This document shows positions 1-7,959 of a stretch of DNA of 24,000 nucleotides, in pieces. Position numbers and translations under genes: made by a program. The stretch's first letter is position 1. Each line of letters opens with the position of its first letter. The stretch is taken from the NCBI GenBank assembly GCA_036705045.1, contig JAUBTR010000001.1; one strand, written 5' to 3'. The DNA is from Microcoleus sp. BR0-C5 (GTDB lineage: Bacteria > Cyanobacteriota > Cyanobacteriia > Cyanobacteriales > Microcoleaceae). A model generated the notes under the pieces. It was given only the letters and a program-made list of their open reading frames with translations, had not been told where the DNA came from and made no database searches.

Positions 1-1
1 A

Positions 2-106
2 CTTAAAGAAGAACTCGAAAGCAACAGCAATCAAAGCAGACAGCTATCTTGGGCGGATATTAAATTTTCTACTCCCGATGTAGGAGATAAAAATAGCAAA
101 GATTAG
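2..106 (+). CDS. 3' end of an upstream CDS entering from the left edge (identity unknown; dndC is only a positional guess)
   Basis: An open frame runs from the window edge: LKEELESNSNQSRQLSWADIKFSTPDVGDKNSKD, then TAG at 104-106. There is no start codon in the window and 34 aa is too short to recognise. dndD and dndE follow on the same strand. Confidence 0.25.
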   Translation, partial: LKEELESNSNQSRQLSWADIKFSTPDVGDKNSKD

Positions 107-153
107 GTCAATAATGTCGATCGGGCGATCGGGCGATCGGGCTTTGGGGCATC

Positions 154-262
154 GGGCTAACCCGAAGATCCGCCGGGGATTCAAATCCCCGTCTCATAGC
201 AAAAGTCGGTTAAAACCGACTGAAGAACCAAATCACACGATCGCCGATTTCAGTCCTTTTGA
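154..262 (+). repeat. REPIN-like repeat, copy 1 (divergent, truncated in the second module)
   Basis: Carries the left module (CCGGGGATTCAAATCCCCGTCTCATAGCAAAAGTCGGTTAAAACCGACTGAAGAACC) and breaks off after CAGTCCTTTT. It is preceded by short GATCGGGC tandem copies at about 116-160. Confidence 0.7.
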
Positions 263-276
263 TAGCACTTTGGGGC

Positions 277-500
277 GATCGGGCTTACCCACAAGCCCGC
301 CGGGGATTGAAATCCCCGTCTCATAGCGAAAGTCGGTTAAAACCGACTGAAGAACCAAATCAAACGATCGCCGATTTCAGTCCTCTTCAAGAGGACTTCA
401 GCTATGAGACAGGGATTTCAATCCCTGTCGGACTCTCGGATCATGGGACACGCCGATCGACCCCGATCGCACTCAAGACCCCGATTGTCCTCTGCAAGTA
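277..500 (+). repeat. REPIN-like repeat, copy 2 (core 281-434 plus shared tail)
   Basis: The 154-bp core has two inverted ~50-nt modules. The tail CCGATCGACCCCGATCGCACTCAAGACCCCGATTGTCCTCTGCAAG is shared with copy 3. Confidence 0.85.
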
Positions 501-713
501 GATCGGGCTTACCCACAAGCCCGCCGGGGATTGAAATCCCCGTCTCATAGCGAAAGTCGGTTAAAACCGACTGAACAACCAGATTTAACGATCACCGACT
601 TCAGTCCTCTTTCAGAGGACTTTCGCTATGAGACAGGGATTTCAATCCCTGTCGGACTGTCGAACTCACCGATCGACCCCGATCGCACTCAAGACCCCGA
701 TTGTCCTCTGCAA
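501..713 (+). repeat. REPIN-like repeat, copy 3 (core 505-658 plus tail)
   Basis: By eye, 501-677 is identical to 714-890 (period 213 bp). Hairpins match those in the other copies. Confidence 0.9.
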
Positions 714-905
714 GATCGGGCTTACCCACAAGCCCGCCGGGGATTGAAATCCCCGTCTCATAGCGAAAGTCGGTTAAAACCGACTGAACAACCAGATTTA
801 ACGATCACCGACTTCAGTCCTCTTTCAGAGGACTTTCGCTATGAGACAGGGATTTCAATCCCTGTCGGACTGTCGAACTCACCGATCGACTCTCGATTGA
901 ACCTG
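714..905 (+). repeat. REPIN-like repeat, copy 4 (core 718-871), tandem duplicate of copy 3
   Basis: Perfect match to copy 3 through 890, then it diverges. It ends about 40 bp before the transposase ATG. Confidence 0.9.
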
Positions 906-946
906 AGTATTCGCTGACATCTATCTAAAAAAAAGGAAAAATCTTT

Positions 947-1399
947 ATGGCAATGTGGCGGCTGTACTATCATTTAGTTTGGGCAACAAAAGAGCGACAG
1001 CCTCTCATATCTCCCGCAAAAGAAACCGAACTTTACTCTTATATCACCGGCAAAGCAGACGCCATCAATTGCATCCTTCATGCGATCGGCGGCACAGAAA
1101 ATCACATCCACTTAATAGTTTCCATTCCTCCGACACAATCGATCGCTGAATTCGTTAAAAATATTAAAGGTAGCAGCAGCCGTTATCTCAATCAAACTTT
1201 GCAAAATCCCAATAAATTTTCGTGGCAAGAAGGATACGGAGTATTTTCTTTAGGACAAAAACAACTAGACTCAGCAGTCGCTTATGTGATAAATCAAAAG
1301 GAACATCACTTGCAAAAAACGACAAACTCACACCTCGAACAAATGACTCATCAAGACGATTCACCCACCCGGTGGCACCCAAATTCACCAGAGAATTAA
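947..1399 (+). CDS. IS200-like Y1 (HUH) transposase, RAYT-like
   Basis: 150 aa. N-terminal YYHLVWATKERQPLI, HUH motif HIHLIV, KGSSSRYLN, and a catalytic-Tyr region WQEGYGVFSLG. AAGGA lies upstream of the ATG. The gene is flanked on both sides by the same palindromic repeat. Confidence 0.8.
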   Translation: MAMWRLYYHLVWATKERQPLISPAKETELYSYITGKADAINCILHAIGGTENHIHLIVSIPPTQSIAEFVKNIKGSSSRYLNQTLQNPNKFSWQEGYGVFSLGQKQLDSAVAYVINQKEHHLQKTTNSHLEQMTHQDDSPTRWHPNSPEN

Positions 1400-1461
1400 T
1401 TGAAAAATATTGGCAGACTCCCCGATTTTCGGCATCTCCTGCTATCGGGACTCTTAGGGGC

Positions 1462-1652
1462 GATCGGGCTTACCCATAAGCCCGCCGGGGATTGAAATCC
1501 CCGTCTCATAGCAAAAGTCGGTTAAAACCGACTCAACAGCCAAATCAAACGCCCGCCGACTTCAGTCCTCTTTCAGAGGACTTCAGCTATGAGACAGGGA
1601 TTTCAATCCCTGTCGGACTATGAAACTCGCCGATCGACCCCGATCGCACCCA
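1462..1652 (+). repeat. REPIN-like repeat, copy 5 (core 1466-1619 plus partial tail)
   Basis: Same 154-bp core as copies 2-4 with a few substitutions. It lies downstream of the transposase and ends 35-65 bp before the dndD ATG. Confidence 0.85.
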
Positions 1653-1684
1653 CCAACTTTCATCCCATCTCAACAACATCTACA

Positions 1685-3682
1685 ATGCAATTCCTCGAAC
1701 TCGTCCTCAAAAACTTCGGCCCCTATGCAGGCACCCAAACCATCAATCTTCGCCCCGAAAAAGACGGAAATCCCTGCCCAGTCATTTTATTTGGCGGCAT
1801 GAATGGCGGCGGCAAAACCACCCTCATGGACGCCATTCGCCTCGCCCTCTACGGTGGCCGCGCCCAATGTTCCACCCGAGGCAATTTAAGCTACAGCGAC
1901 TTTCTCAATCAATGCGTCAACCGCCACACTCCCCCATTAGAAGATACCCGCGTCGAACTAACATTTGAACAAGTCCAAGATGACAAATTAGCTCAATTCA
2001 AAATAGTTAGATACTGGAAAAAATTAGACATCAAAGACACCTTAAGCATTCTCATATACAGCGAGATTGTCAGCGATTGGTGGTCGGACAAAGCAATTAC
2101 TAACACTTGGGACGAATACATCGAAACCCTTTTGCCCGTCGGGATATCTAACCTATTTCTGTTTGACGGGGAACAAGTAAAAGAACTGGCCGAACTCGAA
2201 ACACCGCCAGAGTTTGTCGTCGGGGCGATTAAATCTCTTTTAGGTTTAGAATTAGCAGAACGCCTCGCCGTCGATTTAGAAATTTTAGCCGGCCGCAAGC
2301 GGAAAGAAATTGCTGGCAAAAAAGACTTGGCTGCTTTAGAGAAAATTGAACAAACTTTTAAGAAGATTACTGATGAAATAGACTTAGCTAAGCAAGAACA
2401 AGCCAGCTTTAAAAACGAGTTAGATAAAGCTCAAAAAAATCAGCAACAAGCATCAGAAAAGTTTATTTATGAAGGCGGGAAAATTGCCGCCGATCGCAGT
2501 CAGCTAGACAGACAGCTAAACGACTACAGGAATCAGGCAGAAAAAACCCGTCAATCCATGATGGAAGTAGCCTCAAATACGCTCCCACTAGCATTAATTT
2601 CGCCCTTGCTAAGTGAAGCAAAAATTCAAGCAGAAACCGAAGCCAGCCAGCAGCAAGCAAAGATTGCCCAAAATGTTATCAAACAAAGAAGCGATCGCCT
2701 TCTAAACTATATCGCGGAAATCTCGTTAAATCCCCAACAGCTAGATAAAATTCAAGACTTCATCCGCCAAGAAAACCAAGAACTCGAACATCAAGCCGGA
2801 ACAGACTCCCCGCCCTGGATGAACGCCGACAACAACAGCATCCAGCAACTAGAAAACCTGCTTAGCTACCAAATCAAAGCCCAGCAAATTCTAGCCCGCG
2901 ACCAAATAGAAGAAATCAAAAGCATCGAAGCAGAAATAGACTTCACAGACAGACAACTCGCAGCCGCAGCTTCCCCCGAAGCCTACGAAAAACTAGAAGA
3001 TGAGGTCAGGAAAGCCCAAAAAGCAGTCGCTATCGCATCCGCAGCCTGCGAATCAGCCAACCGCCGCGTCGATGAATTAGAGAGAGAATTAGCCAAAAAC
3101 CAAAAAGAACTAGAAAACTACAGCAGCGAATACATCACCATCAGAAACAGCCAACACGTCATCGCTTCTATCGCCAAAGCCCAAGCTACGCTCAAACTCT
3201 TTAAAGAAAAACTCACCCTCAAAAAACTCAACAAACTCGAAATAGAAATTACCGACTGTTTCCGCTACCTGTTGCACAAAACCGACCTCGTGCACAGAGT
3301 TGCGATCGACACTGACACATTTAGCCTCTCAATTTACGATCCAGAAGGTAAACCGGTACCCAAACACCGACTTTCAGCCGGGGAAAAACAATTGCTGGCG
3401 ATCGCCTTTTTGTGGGGATTGGCTAGAGTATCGGGGAGACAATTGCCAGTGGCGATCGACACTCCCTTGGGCCGCCTCGACTCCTCCCACAGAAACAACC
3501 TAGTGGAACGCTATTTCCCCTCGGCCAGCCACCAAGTCATCCTGCTTTCTACCGATACGGAAATTAGAAAAGTAGAATACGAAAAACTCCAAGAATTAGA
3601 GGCGATCGCCCACAGCTACCTCCTCAAATACGACTCGACCAAACACCAAACCACGGTCGAAAAAGGTTACTTCTGGGAATAA
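1685..3682 (+). CDS. dndD: DNA sulfur modification protein DndD (SMC/ABC-type ATPase)
   Basis: MQFLELVLKNFGPYAG...ILFGGMNGGGKTTLMDAIRLALYG (Walker A), a long coiled-coil middle, LSAGEKQLLAIAF (ABC signature) and PVAIDTPLGRLD (Walker B/D-loop). The ORF-track start at 1589 lies inside repeat copy 5. ATG 1685 gives the canonical DndD N-terminus. Confidence 0.85.
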   Translation: MQFLELVLKNFGPYAGTQTINLRPEKDGNPCPVILFGGMNGGGKTTLMDAIRLALYGGRAQCSTRGNLSYSDFLNQCVNRHTPPLEDTRVELTFEQVQDDKLAQFKIVRYWKKLDIKDTLSILIYSEIVSDWWSDKAITNTWDEYIETLLPVGISNLFLFDGEQVKELAELETPPEFVVGAIKSLLGLELAERLAVDLEILAGRKRKEIAGKKDLAALEKIEQTFKKITDEIDLAKQEQASFKNELDKAQKNQQQASEKFIYEGGKIAADRSQLDRQLNDYRNQAEKTRQSMMEVASNTLPLALISPLLSEAKIQAETEASQQQAKIAQNVIKQRSDRLLNYIAEISLNPQQLDKIQDFIRQENQELEHQAGTDSPPWMNADNNSIQQLENLLSYQIKAQQILARDQIEEIKSIEAEIDFTDRQLAAAASPEAYEKLEDEVRKAQKAVAIASAACESANRRVDELERELAKNQKELENYSSEYITIRNSQHVIASIAKAQATLKLFKEKLTLKKLNKLEIEITDCFRYLLHKTDLVHRVAIDTDTFSLSIYDPEGKPVPKHRLSAGEKQLLAIAFLWGLARVSGRQLPVAIDTPLGRLDSSHRNNLVERYFPSASHQVILLSTDTEIRKVEYEKLQELEAIAHSYLLKYDSTKHQTTVEKGYFWE

Positions 3683-3712
3683 AAATTTGCCCTAAAAAAT
3701 AGCCGCAACCCC

Positions 3713-3741
3713 TTGACTTTGCTGTGGAGTTGCGGTAGTAT
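3713..3741 (+). promoter_or_regulatory. Candidate sigma70-type promoter (TTGACT-17 nt-TAGTAT) between dndD and dndE
   Basis: TTGACT at 3713-3718, a 17-nt spacer, then TAGTAT at 3736-3741. The predicted start falls at the foot of the 3749-3795 hairpin. Motif match only. Confidence 0.35.
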
Positions 3742-3748
3742 ATATATC

Positions 3749-3795
3749 ATAATGGGATGGTTGCGAAAATTTTATTTTTGCCACCATCCCATTAT
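3749..3795. repeat. Perfect 13-bp inverted repeat (hairpin) in the dndD-dndE spacer
   Basis: ATAATGGGATGGT (3749-3761) and ACCATCCCATTAT (3783-3795) flank a 21-nt A/T-rich loop. The function could be terminator, processing site or operator; it is unresolved. Confidence 0.6.
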
Positions 3796-3947
3796 TAAGG
3801 ATAAATCCTACTAAAAATACAATACCAAAAAACAACGTTTTTATCAAGTCGCGCCGTGTAAAAAAATGTTAATTATTTCGGGTTATTTAGAGGCTTTGCT
3901 TCCCCAAGATTAACACTTTTTACAATATACCAAACAATCTTAAACCT

Positions 3948-4349
3948 ATGGAACCACCAGTCGATCGCATCCGCCTCTCCCAAACAGGCAAAGACCAACT
4001 ATCAAAACTGAAACGATCGACCAAAATCGATCAGTGGAACATCCTGTGTCGGTGGGGATTTTGCCGATCGCTCGCCGAACCCAGCATCCCATCCCCAGTA
4101 CCAATTCCCAGCGACAGCAACGTCGAATTAAGCTGGGATGTCTTCGGCGGCGACATGGCCGATATCTTGATAATTGCCCTCAAGCAGCGGTGTCACAAAG
4201 ACAATTTAGGCACTGAAAAAGAAACTCTAGCCAAACAATTTCGCCTGCACTTGCACCGAGGGATTGGTTATTTAGCCGGCGATCCGAATATTAAGAAAAT
4301 CGAAGACTTGGTGGCGATCGCTTTATCGCCTGAAAAATTAAGAAATTAA
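3948..4349 (+). CDS. dndE: DNA sulfur modification protein DndE
   Basis: 133 aa. IRLSQTGKDQLSKLKRSTKIDQWNILCRWGFCRSLAEPSIP ... FRLHLHRGIGYL matches my recollection of the DndE family. Its position directly after dndD supports the call. Confidence 0.75.
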   Translation: MEPPVDRIRLSQTGKDQLSKLKRSTKIDQWNILCRWGFCRSLAEPSIPSPVPIPSDSNVELSWDVFGGDMADILIIALKQRCHKDNLGTEKETLAKQFRLHLHRGIGYLAGDPNIKKIEDLVAIALSPEKLRN

Positions 4350-4411
4350 ACGAACCGCGAAGACGCAAAGGACGCGAAGGAAGAAGGGAAGACAAGGGAT
4401 GAGTTCACAAT

Positions 4412-5221
4412 TTACTTCAGTAAAAGTGGGAAAAAATGACCTACTGGCCCTTGGCCTTCCCCAATATCCAAAGCATATTTGAGAGCAGTAGTAACATAAT
4501 CCTTAGCCAATGTCACCGCCGTCAATAAATCTTTACCTAATGCTAAATTAGCGGCGATCGCAGCACTCAAAGTACAACCAGTCCCGTGAGTATTCCCAGT
4601 ATCAACATTTTCAGTCTTCAACACATCCAACCGCGCACCATCAAACCAAACATCAATTCCCCGCAAATCTCCCGCCATCCCGCCGCCCTTCACCAAAACA
4701 GCTTTCGCGCCCGATCGATAAATCTGTTGCGCCGCCGATCGCATATCATCCACAGAATGAATCTCCAAACCGCTCAAAATAGTCGCCTCAAACCGATTCG
4801 GAGTCACGACAGCAGCCAAAGGAATCAAAACATCGCGCAAAAATGCGATCGCCCCGTCATCAATCAATCGATCGCCCGATCGTGAAACCATCACCGGATC
4901 GACAACCAAATTCCTGATTCCCAAAGCCTCAACCTGTGAAGCCACCGCCACCATAATTTCCCGATTCAGCAGCATCCCAGTCTTCATAGCATCCACCCCA
5001 ATATCCCCAACCACCGCCTCAATTTGAGCCGCCACAGCCTCAGCAGACAAAGCATCAACTCGCATCACCCCCAAAGTATTTTGAGCCGTCACGCAAGTCA
5101 AAGCACTTGTACCGTGCACGCAGTGAAACGCAAAAGTCCGCAAATCCGCCTGAATCCCAGCCCCGCCGCCGCTATCAGAACCCGCCACAGTCAAAGCCAC
5201 AGGAATCTTCAATTTAATCAT
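4412..5221 (-). CDS. thiD: Bifunctional hydroxymethylpyrimidine/phosphomethylpyrimidine kinase ThiD
   Basis: 269 aa. ALTVAGSDSGGGAGIQADLRTF, TSALTCVTAQNTLGV, VVDPVMVS and GTGCTLSAAIAANLALG are classic ThiD motifs. Confidence 0.92.
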   Translation of the reverse strand: MIKLKIPVALTVAGSDSGGGAGIQADLRTFAFHCVHGTSALTCVTAQNTLGVMRVDALSAEAVAAQIEAVVGDIGVDAMKTGMLLNREIMVAVASQVEALGIRNLVVDPVMVSRSGDRLIDDGAIAFLRDVLIPLAAVVTPNRFEATILSGLEIHSVDDMRSAAQQIYRSGAKAVLVKGGGMAGDLRGIDVWFDGARLDVLKTENVDTGNTHGTGCTLSAAIAANLALGKDLLTAVTLAKDYVTTALKYALDIGEGQGPVGHFFPLLLK

Positions 5222-5277
5222 CTTATTTCAACCGCAGATAAACGCCAACTTGAACCAGACAAATCCCAATCATATCT

Positions 5278-5365
5278 GTGGCACGGGCGTCCCGCCTGTG
5301 CTTCCCCGTGGCACGGGCGTCCCGCCTGTGCTTCCCCGTGGCACGGGCGTCCCGCCTGTGCTTCC
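5278..5365. repeat. 30-bp tandem repeat x3, each unit a hairpin
   Basis: The unit GTGGCACGGGCGTCCCGCCTGTGCTTCCCC starts at 5278, 5308 and 5338; the last copy is 28 nt. In each unit GCACGGGCG pairs with CGCCTGTGC (9 bp, one G-T) around a TCC loop. The array lies in the 203-bp divergent spacer between thiD and the MBL-fold gene. Confidence 0.9.
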
Positions 5366-5424
5366 GAAGGGGTTAAATTTCCCCAAACAAAATTAGCTAT
5401 GATTAAACCAAATGTAAAGAATTA

Positions 5425-6201
5425 TTGCAAACAACTGTGAAAGTCACCCGAATCGACCTCAACTCTTGGATCTTCCACATCGCAGGCCAAACCATCCTCG
5501 TCGATCCTTGGCTGGTCGATCCCCTCGTATTTTACGGTCAACCCTGGCTGTTCACCGCCTACCATAACACCCCTGTCGCCTTCACTCCCAGCACCTTACC
5601 GCCGATCGACCTCATCCTAATTTCCCAAGGATTAGACGACCACTGCCACAGACCAACACTCGAACAGCTCGATCGCACAATTCCCGCGATCGCCTCACCC
5701 ACCGCCGCCAAAGTCCTCAGCAGTTTAGGCTACACCAATATCACATCTTTAGCAAATTGGCAAGGATTTAATTATCAAGAAAAGTTACAAATTACTGCCG
5801 TACCCGGAGCCGAAATCCAGCCCGGACAAGAAGAAAACGGCTACTTGCTCAAAGATTTAAGCAGCGGCGAGACACTTTATTACGAACCGCACTTACCACC
5901 ATTAGAAAAAGTCAAACAGAAAATAGACACAGTAGACGTAGCCATCGCCCCAGTCATCGGTCAAATCTTCCCATTCCTCGGACAAGTCATCATCGGGCCT
6001 TCTGAAGCCCTCAGTCTCGCCCAAACACTGAAACCTCGGTTTTTCCTGCCTACTGCAGCGGGAGACATCCGAGCCACAGGCATTTTACCAATGTTAGTGC
6101 GATCGATCGGCAGCATCCCCGAATTTCGCGATTTACTAGCAAAATCGGGACTCTCCACCCAACTCCTCGAACCCGAACCAGGCCAAACCCTAGAAATTTG
6201 A
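5425..6201 (+). CDS. MBL-fold metallo-hydrolase family protein (conserved cyanobacterial)
   Basis: 258 aa. ILVDPWL, a degenerate HxHxDH region ISQGLDDHCH, and a beta-lactamase-fold-like alternation of strands. The start is uncertain: TTG at 5425 or GTG at 5437. Confidence 0.65.
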   Translation: MQTTVKVTRIDLNSWIFHIAGQTILVDPWLVDPLVFYGQPWLFTAYHNTPVAFTPSTLPPIDLILISQGLDDHCHRPTLEQLDRTIPAIASPTAAKVLSSLGYTNITSLANWQGFNYQEKLQITAVPGAEIQPGQEENGYLLKDLSSGETLYYEPHLPPLEKVKQKIDTVDVAIAPVIGQIFPFLGQVIIGPSEALSLAQTLKPRFFLPTAAGDIRATGILPMLVRSIGSIPEFRDLLAKSGLSTQLLEPEPGQTLEI

Positions 6202-6362
6202 GATTTGAGATTTGAGATTTGAGATTTTTTAGATTTTAGATTTTAGATGCTCGATATTTTCGATTTTTTACATGGGAGATTGGAGATTCAATGCCAAATC
6301 CCCAATCTAAAATCCAAAATCCCCAATCTAAAATCCCAAAATCCCCAATCTAAAATCTAAAA
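6197..6362. repeat. Heptamer-based tandem repeats filling the convergent MBL/ftsZ spacer
   Basis: GATTTGA x4, then GATTTTA copies on the + strand. AATCCCCAATCTAAAATC-type copies (the reverse complement of GATTTTAGATTGGGGATT) follow on the right. A 17-nt perfect inverted pair is at 6232-6248 and 6348-6364. Confidence 0.85.
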
Positions 6363-7637
6363 TCATCTTGGTGGGCGACGGTTACGCAAAAACTCAGGAA
6401 TATCCAATCCCAAATCCTGGGGCGGTTTCGCTTTCGGATCGGGTGTCTGTTGAGCAGGAGTCGTCGGCGCAGTTGCAGCCCGCCAAGGAGCATTAACATT
6501 TTGCGTCCGCCCCTGAGGCGGAGGCGACGGAACTTCTCCCGAAAAACCAGTAGCGATCACAGTAATCTTAATTTCGCCCTGAAGCCGCTCGTCAATCACC
6601 GCTCCAAAAATAATATTGGCATTCGGATCGACAACCTCGTAAATCGTCTCAGCCGCCGCATTCACCTCGTGCAGAGTCATGTCAGTACCGCCCGTGATGT
6701 TAAACACCACACCTCTAGCGCCCTCAATAGACGAAGCTTCCAGCAGAGGCGAAGAAATAGCCTGCATCGCAGCCTCCCTAGCCCGCGACTTGCCAGAACC
6801 CACGCCGATGCCCATCAAAGCCGAGCCCGCATCCGCCATTACTGCCCGCACGTCAGCAAAGTCAACATTCACCAAACCGGGAATAGTAATAATGTCAGAA
6901 ATACCCTGAACCCCTTGGCGCAGGATATCATCAGCAACTCGAAAAGCCTCTTGTACCGGCATTTGTTCCGAAATCACAGACAGCAGCTTGTCGTTAGGAA
7001 TTACGATCAGCGTATCCACCCGCGTTTGCAAAGCTGCAATCCCTTCCTCAGCTTGGCTGGTGCGCCGCCGTCCCTCAAACGTAAAAGGCCGCGTTACTAT
7101 GCCCACAGTCAAGGCGCCCATTTCCTTAGCCACCTCAGCCACGATCGGAGCCGCGCCCGTGCCCGTACCGCCGCCCATGCCGGCTGTGATAAATACCAAA
7201 TCCGCATGATTCAGAGCATTAGCAACCTCATCGCGAGATTCCTCCGCAGCCTTTTGACCGATCGCCGGATTGCCCCCCGCCCCCAAACCCCGCGTCAACT
7301 TCTGTCCGACTTGCAAGCGTTTCGGAGCATTTGAAAGAACCAGAGCTTGGGAATCTGTATTCACGCACCAAAACTCGACACCAGAAACCTCGCTAGCAAT
7401 CATCCGGTTAACGGCGTTGCCCCCACCGCCGCCGACGCCAATTACTTTGATTTTGGCAGCACTGCTGGGCATTATGTCTTTGGGATTGACCATAGGATCG
7501 ATATCAATACTATCTACATTTACATAACCAGACTTGCGTCTAAAGGGATTGGCGGAATCTGCCGCCACCGGAAAATTTTTTACTTCTTCCGAAGGGGGAC
7601 TGTCTTGGTCAGACCCCTGTCTATTATTAAGCTTCAT
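6363..7637 (-). CDS. ftsZ: Cell division protein FtsZ
   Basis: 424 aa. [52 protein letters not shown] and a C-terminal DIPEFLRNR peptide. The N-terminal extension is of the cyanobacterial type. Confidence 0.97.
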   Translation of the reverse strand: MKLNNRQGSDQDSPPSEEVKNFPVAADSANPFRRKSGYVNVDSIDIDPMVNPKDIMPSSAAKIKVIGVGGGGGNAVNRMIASEVSGVEFWCVNTDSQALVLSNAPKRLQVGQKLTRGLGAGGNPAIGQKAAEESRDEVANALNHADLVFITAGMGGGTGTGAAPIVAEVAKEMGALTVGIVTRPFTFEGRRRTSQAEEGIAALQTRVDTLIVIPNDKLLSVISEQMPVQEAFRVADDILRQGVQGISDIITIPGLVNVDFADVRAVMADAGSALMGIGVGSGKSRAREAAMQAISSPLLEASSIEGARGVVFNITGGTDMTLHEVNAAAETIYEVVDPNANIIFGAVIDERLQGEIKITVIATGFSGEVPSPPPQGRTQNVNAPWRAATAPTTPAQQTPDPKAKPPQDLGLDIPEFLRNRRPPR

Positions 7638-7959
7638 TAGAGTCGGGGATAGTAGATTACAACTCGTTAACTAAACGCCAATTCACAATCAACTATAGGC
7701 TAAGTTGCGCGAAAAACTAACACTGGTCGATGCTTAATGTTAGCAATCTCGGATTTTGCCGACCTCGCTAGCCCAGACCTCGCTTGACGCCATCCAGGTA
7801 CTTGACCGGATTAAGGCCGTTGTAAAGCAAGGCAACAGGAAAAACAATGGATACTAGCCCCAGACGCGGGGCGCTATCCAAAAACTCGGCTGATTTCAAG
7901 CCCTGCCTATCGATCCTTATGGGCAAAAATTCTGCCTATCGATCGATACCTTCTACCTT

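Noticed and set aside
114-905. Possible CRISPR array (regularly spaced repeats containing GGGATTGAAATCCC, reminiscent of repeat ends in cyanobacterial type III arrays)
   Set aside because: The material between the conserved blocks is itself repeated: copies 3 and 4 are identical over 177 bp. There are therefore no unique spacers. The units are 154-213 bp composite palindromes and no cas genes are present. This fits REP/REPIN-type repeats better.
114-917. ORF-track proteins 114-326, 259-501 and 531-917 (SPSHSESRLKPTE... repeated peptides)
   Set aside because: They are translations of the palindromic repeat copies. The same peptide recurs only because the DNA repeat recurs, and no start context or protein-like composition is evident.
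1589-1684. 32-aa N-terminal extension of DndD (MRQGFQSLSDYETRRSTPIAPTNFHPISTTST)
   Set aside because: The upstream ATG lies inside REPIN-like copy 5 (the GCTATGAGACAGGG block present in every copy). The canonical DndD N-terminus MQFLELVLKNFGPY starts at 1685.
5024-5440. 138-aa ORF containing WHGRPACAS x3
   Set aside because: It is antisense to thiD for most of its length, and the remainder is a translation of the 30-bp tandem repeat. It is an artefact.
6450-7640. Long + strand ORFs (294 aa, 97 aa, 85 aa and others) opposite ftsZ
   Set aside because: They are antisense shadows of a strongly conserved, GC3-biased gene. Their composition is Arg/Ser/Pro-rich and low-complexity, and ftsZ explains the region fully.
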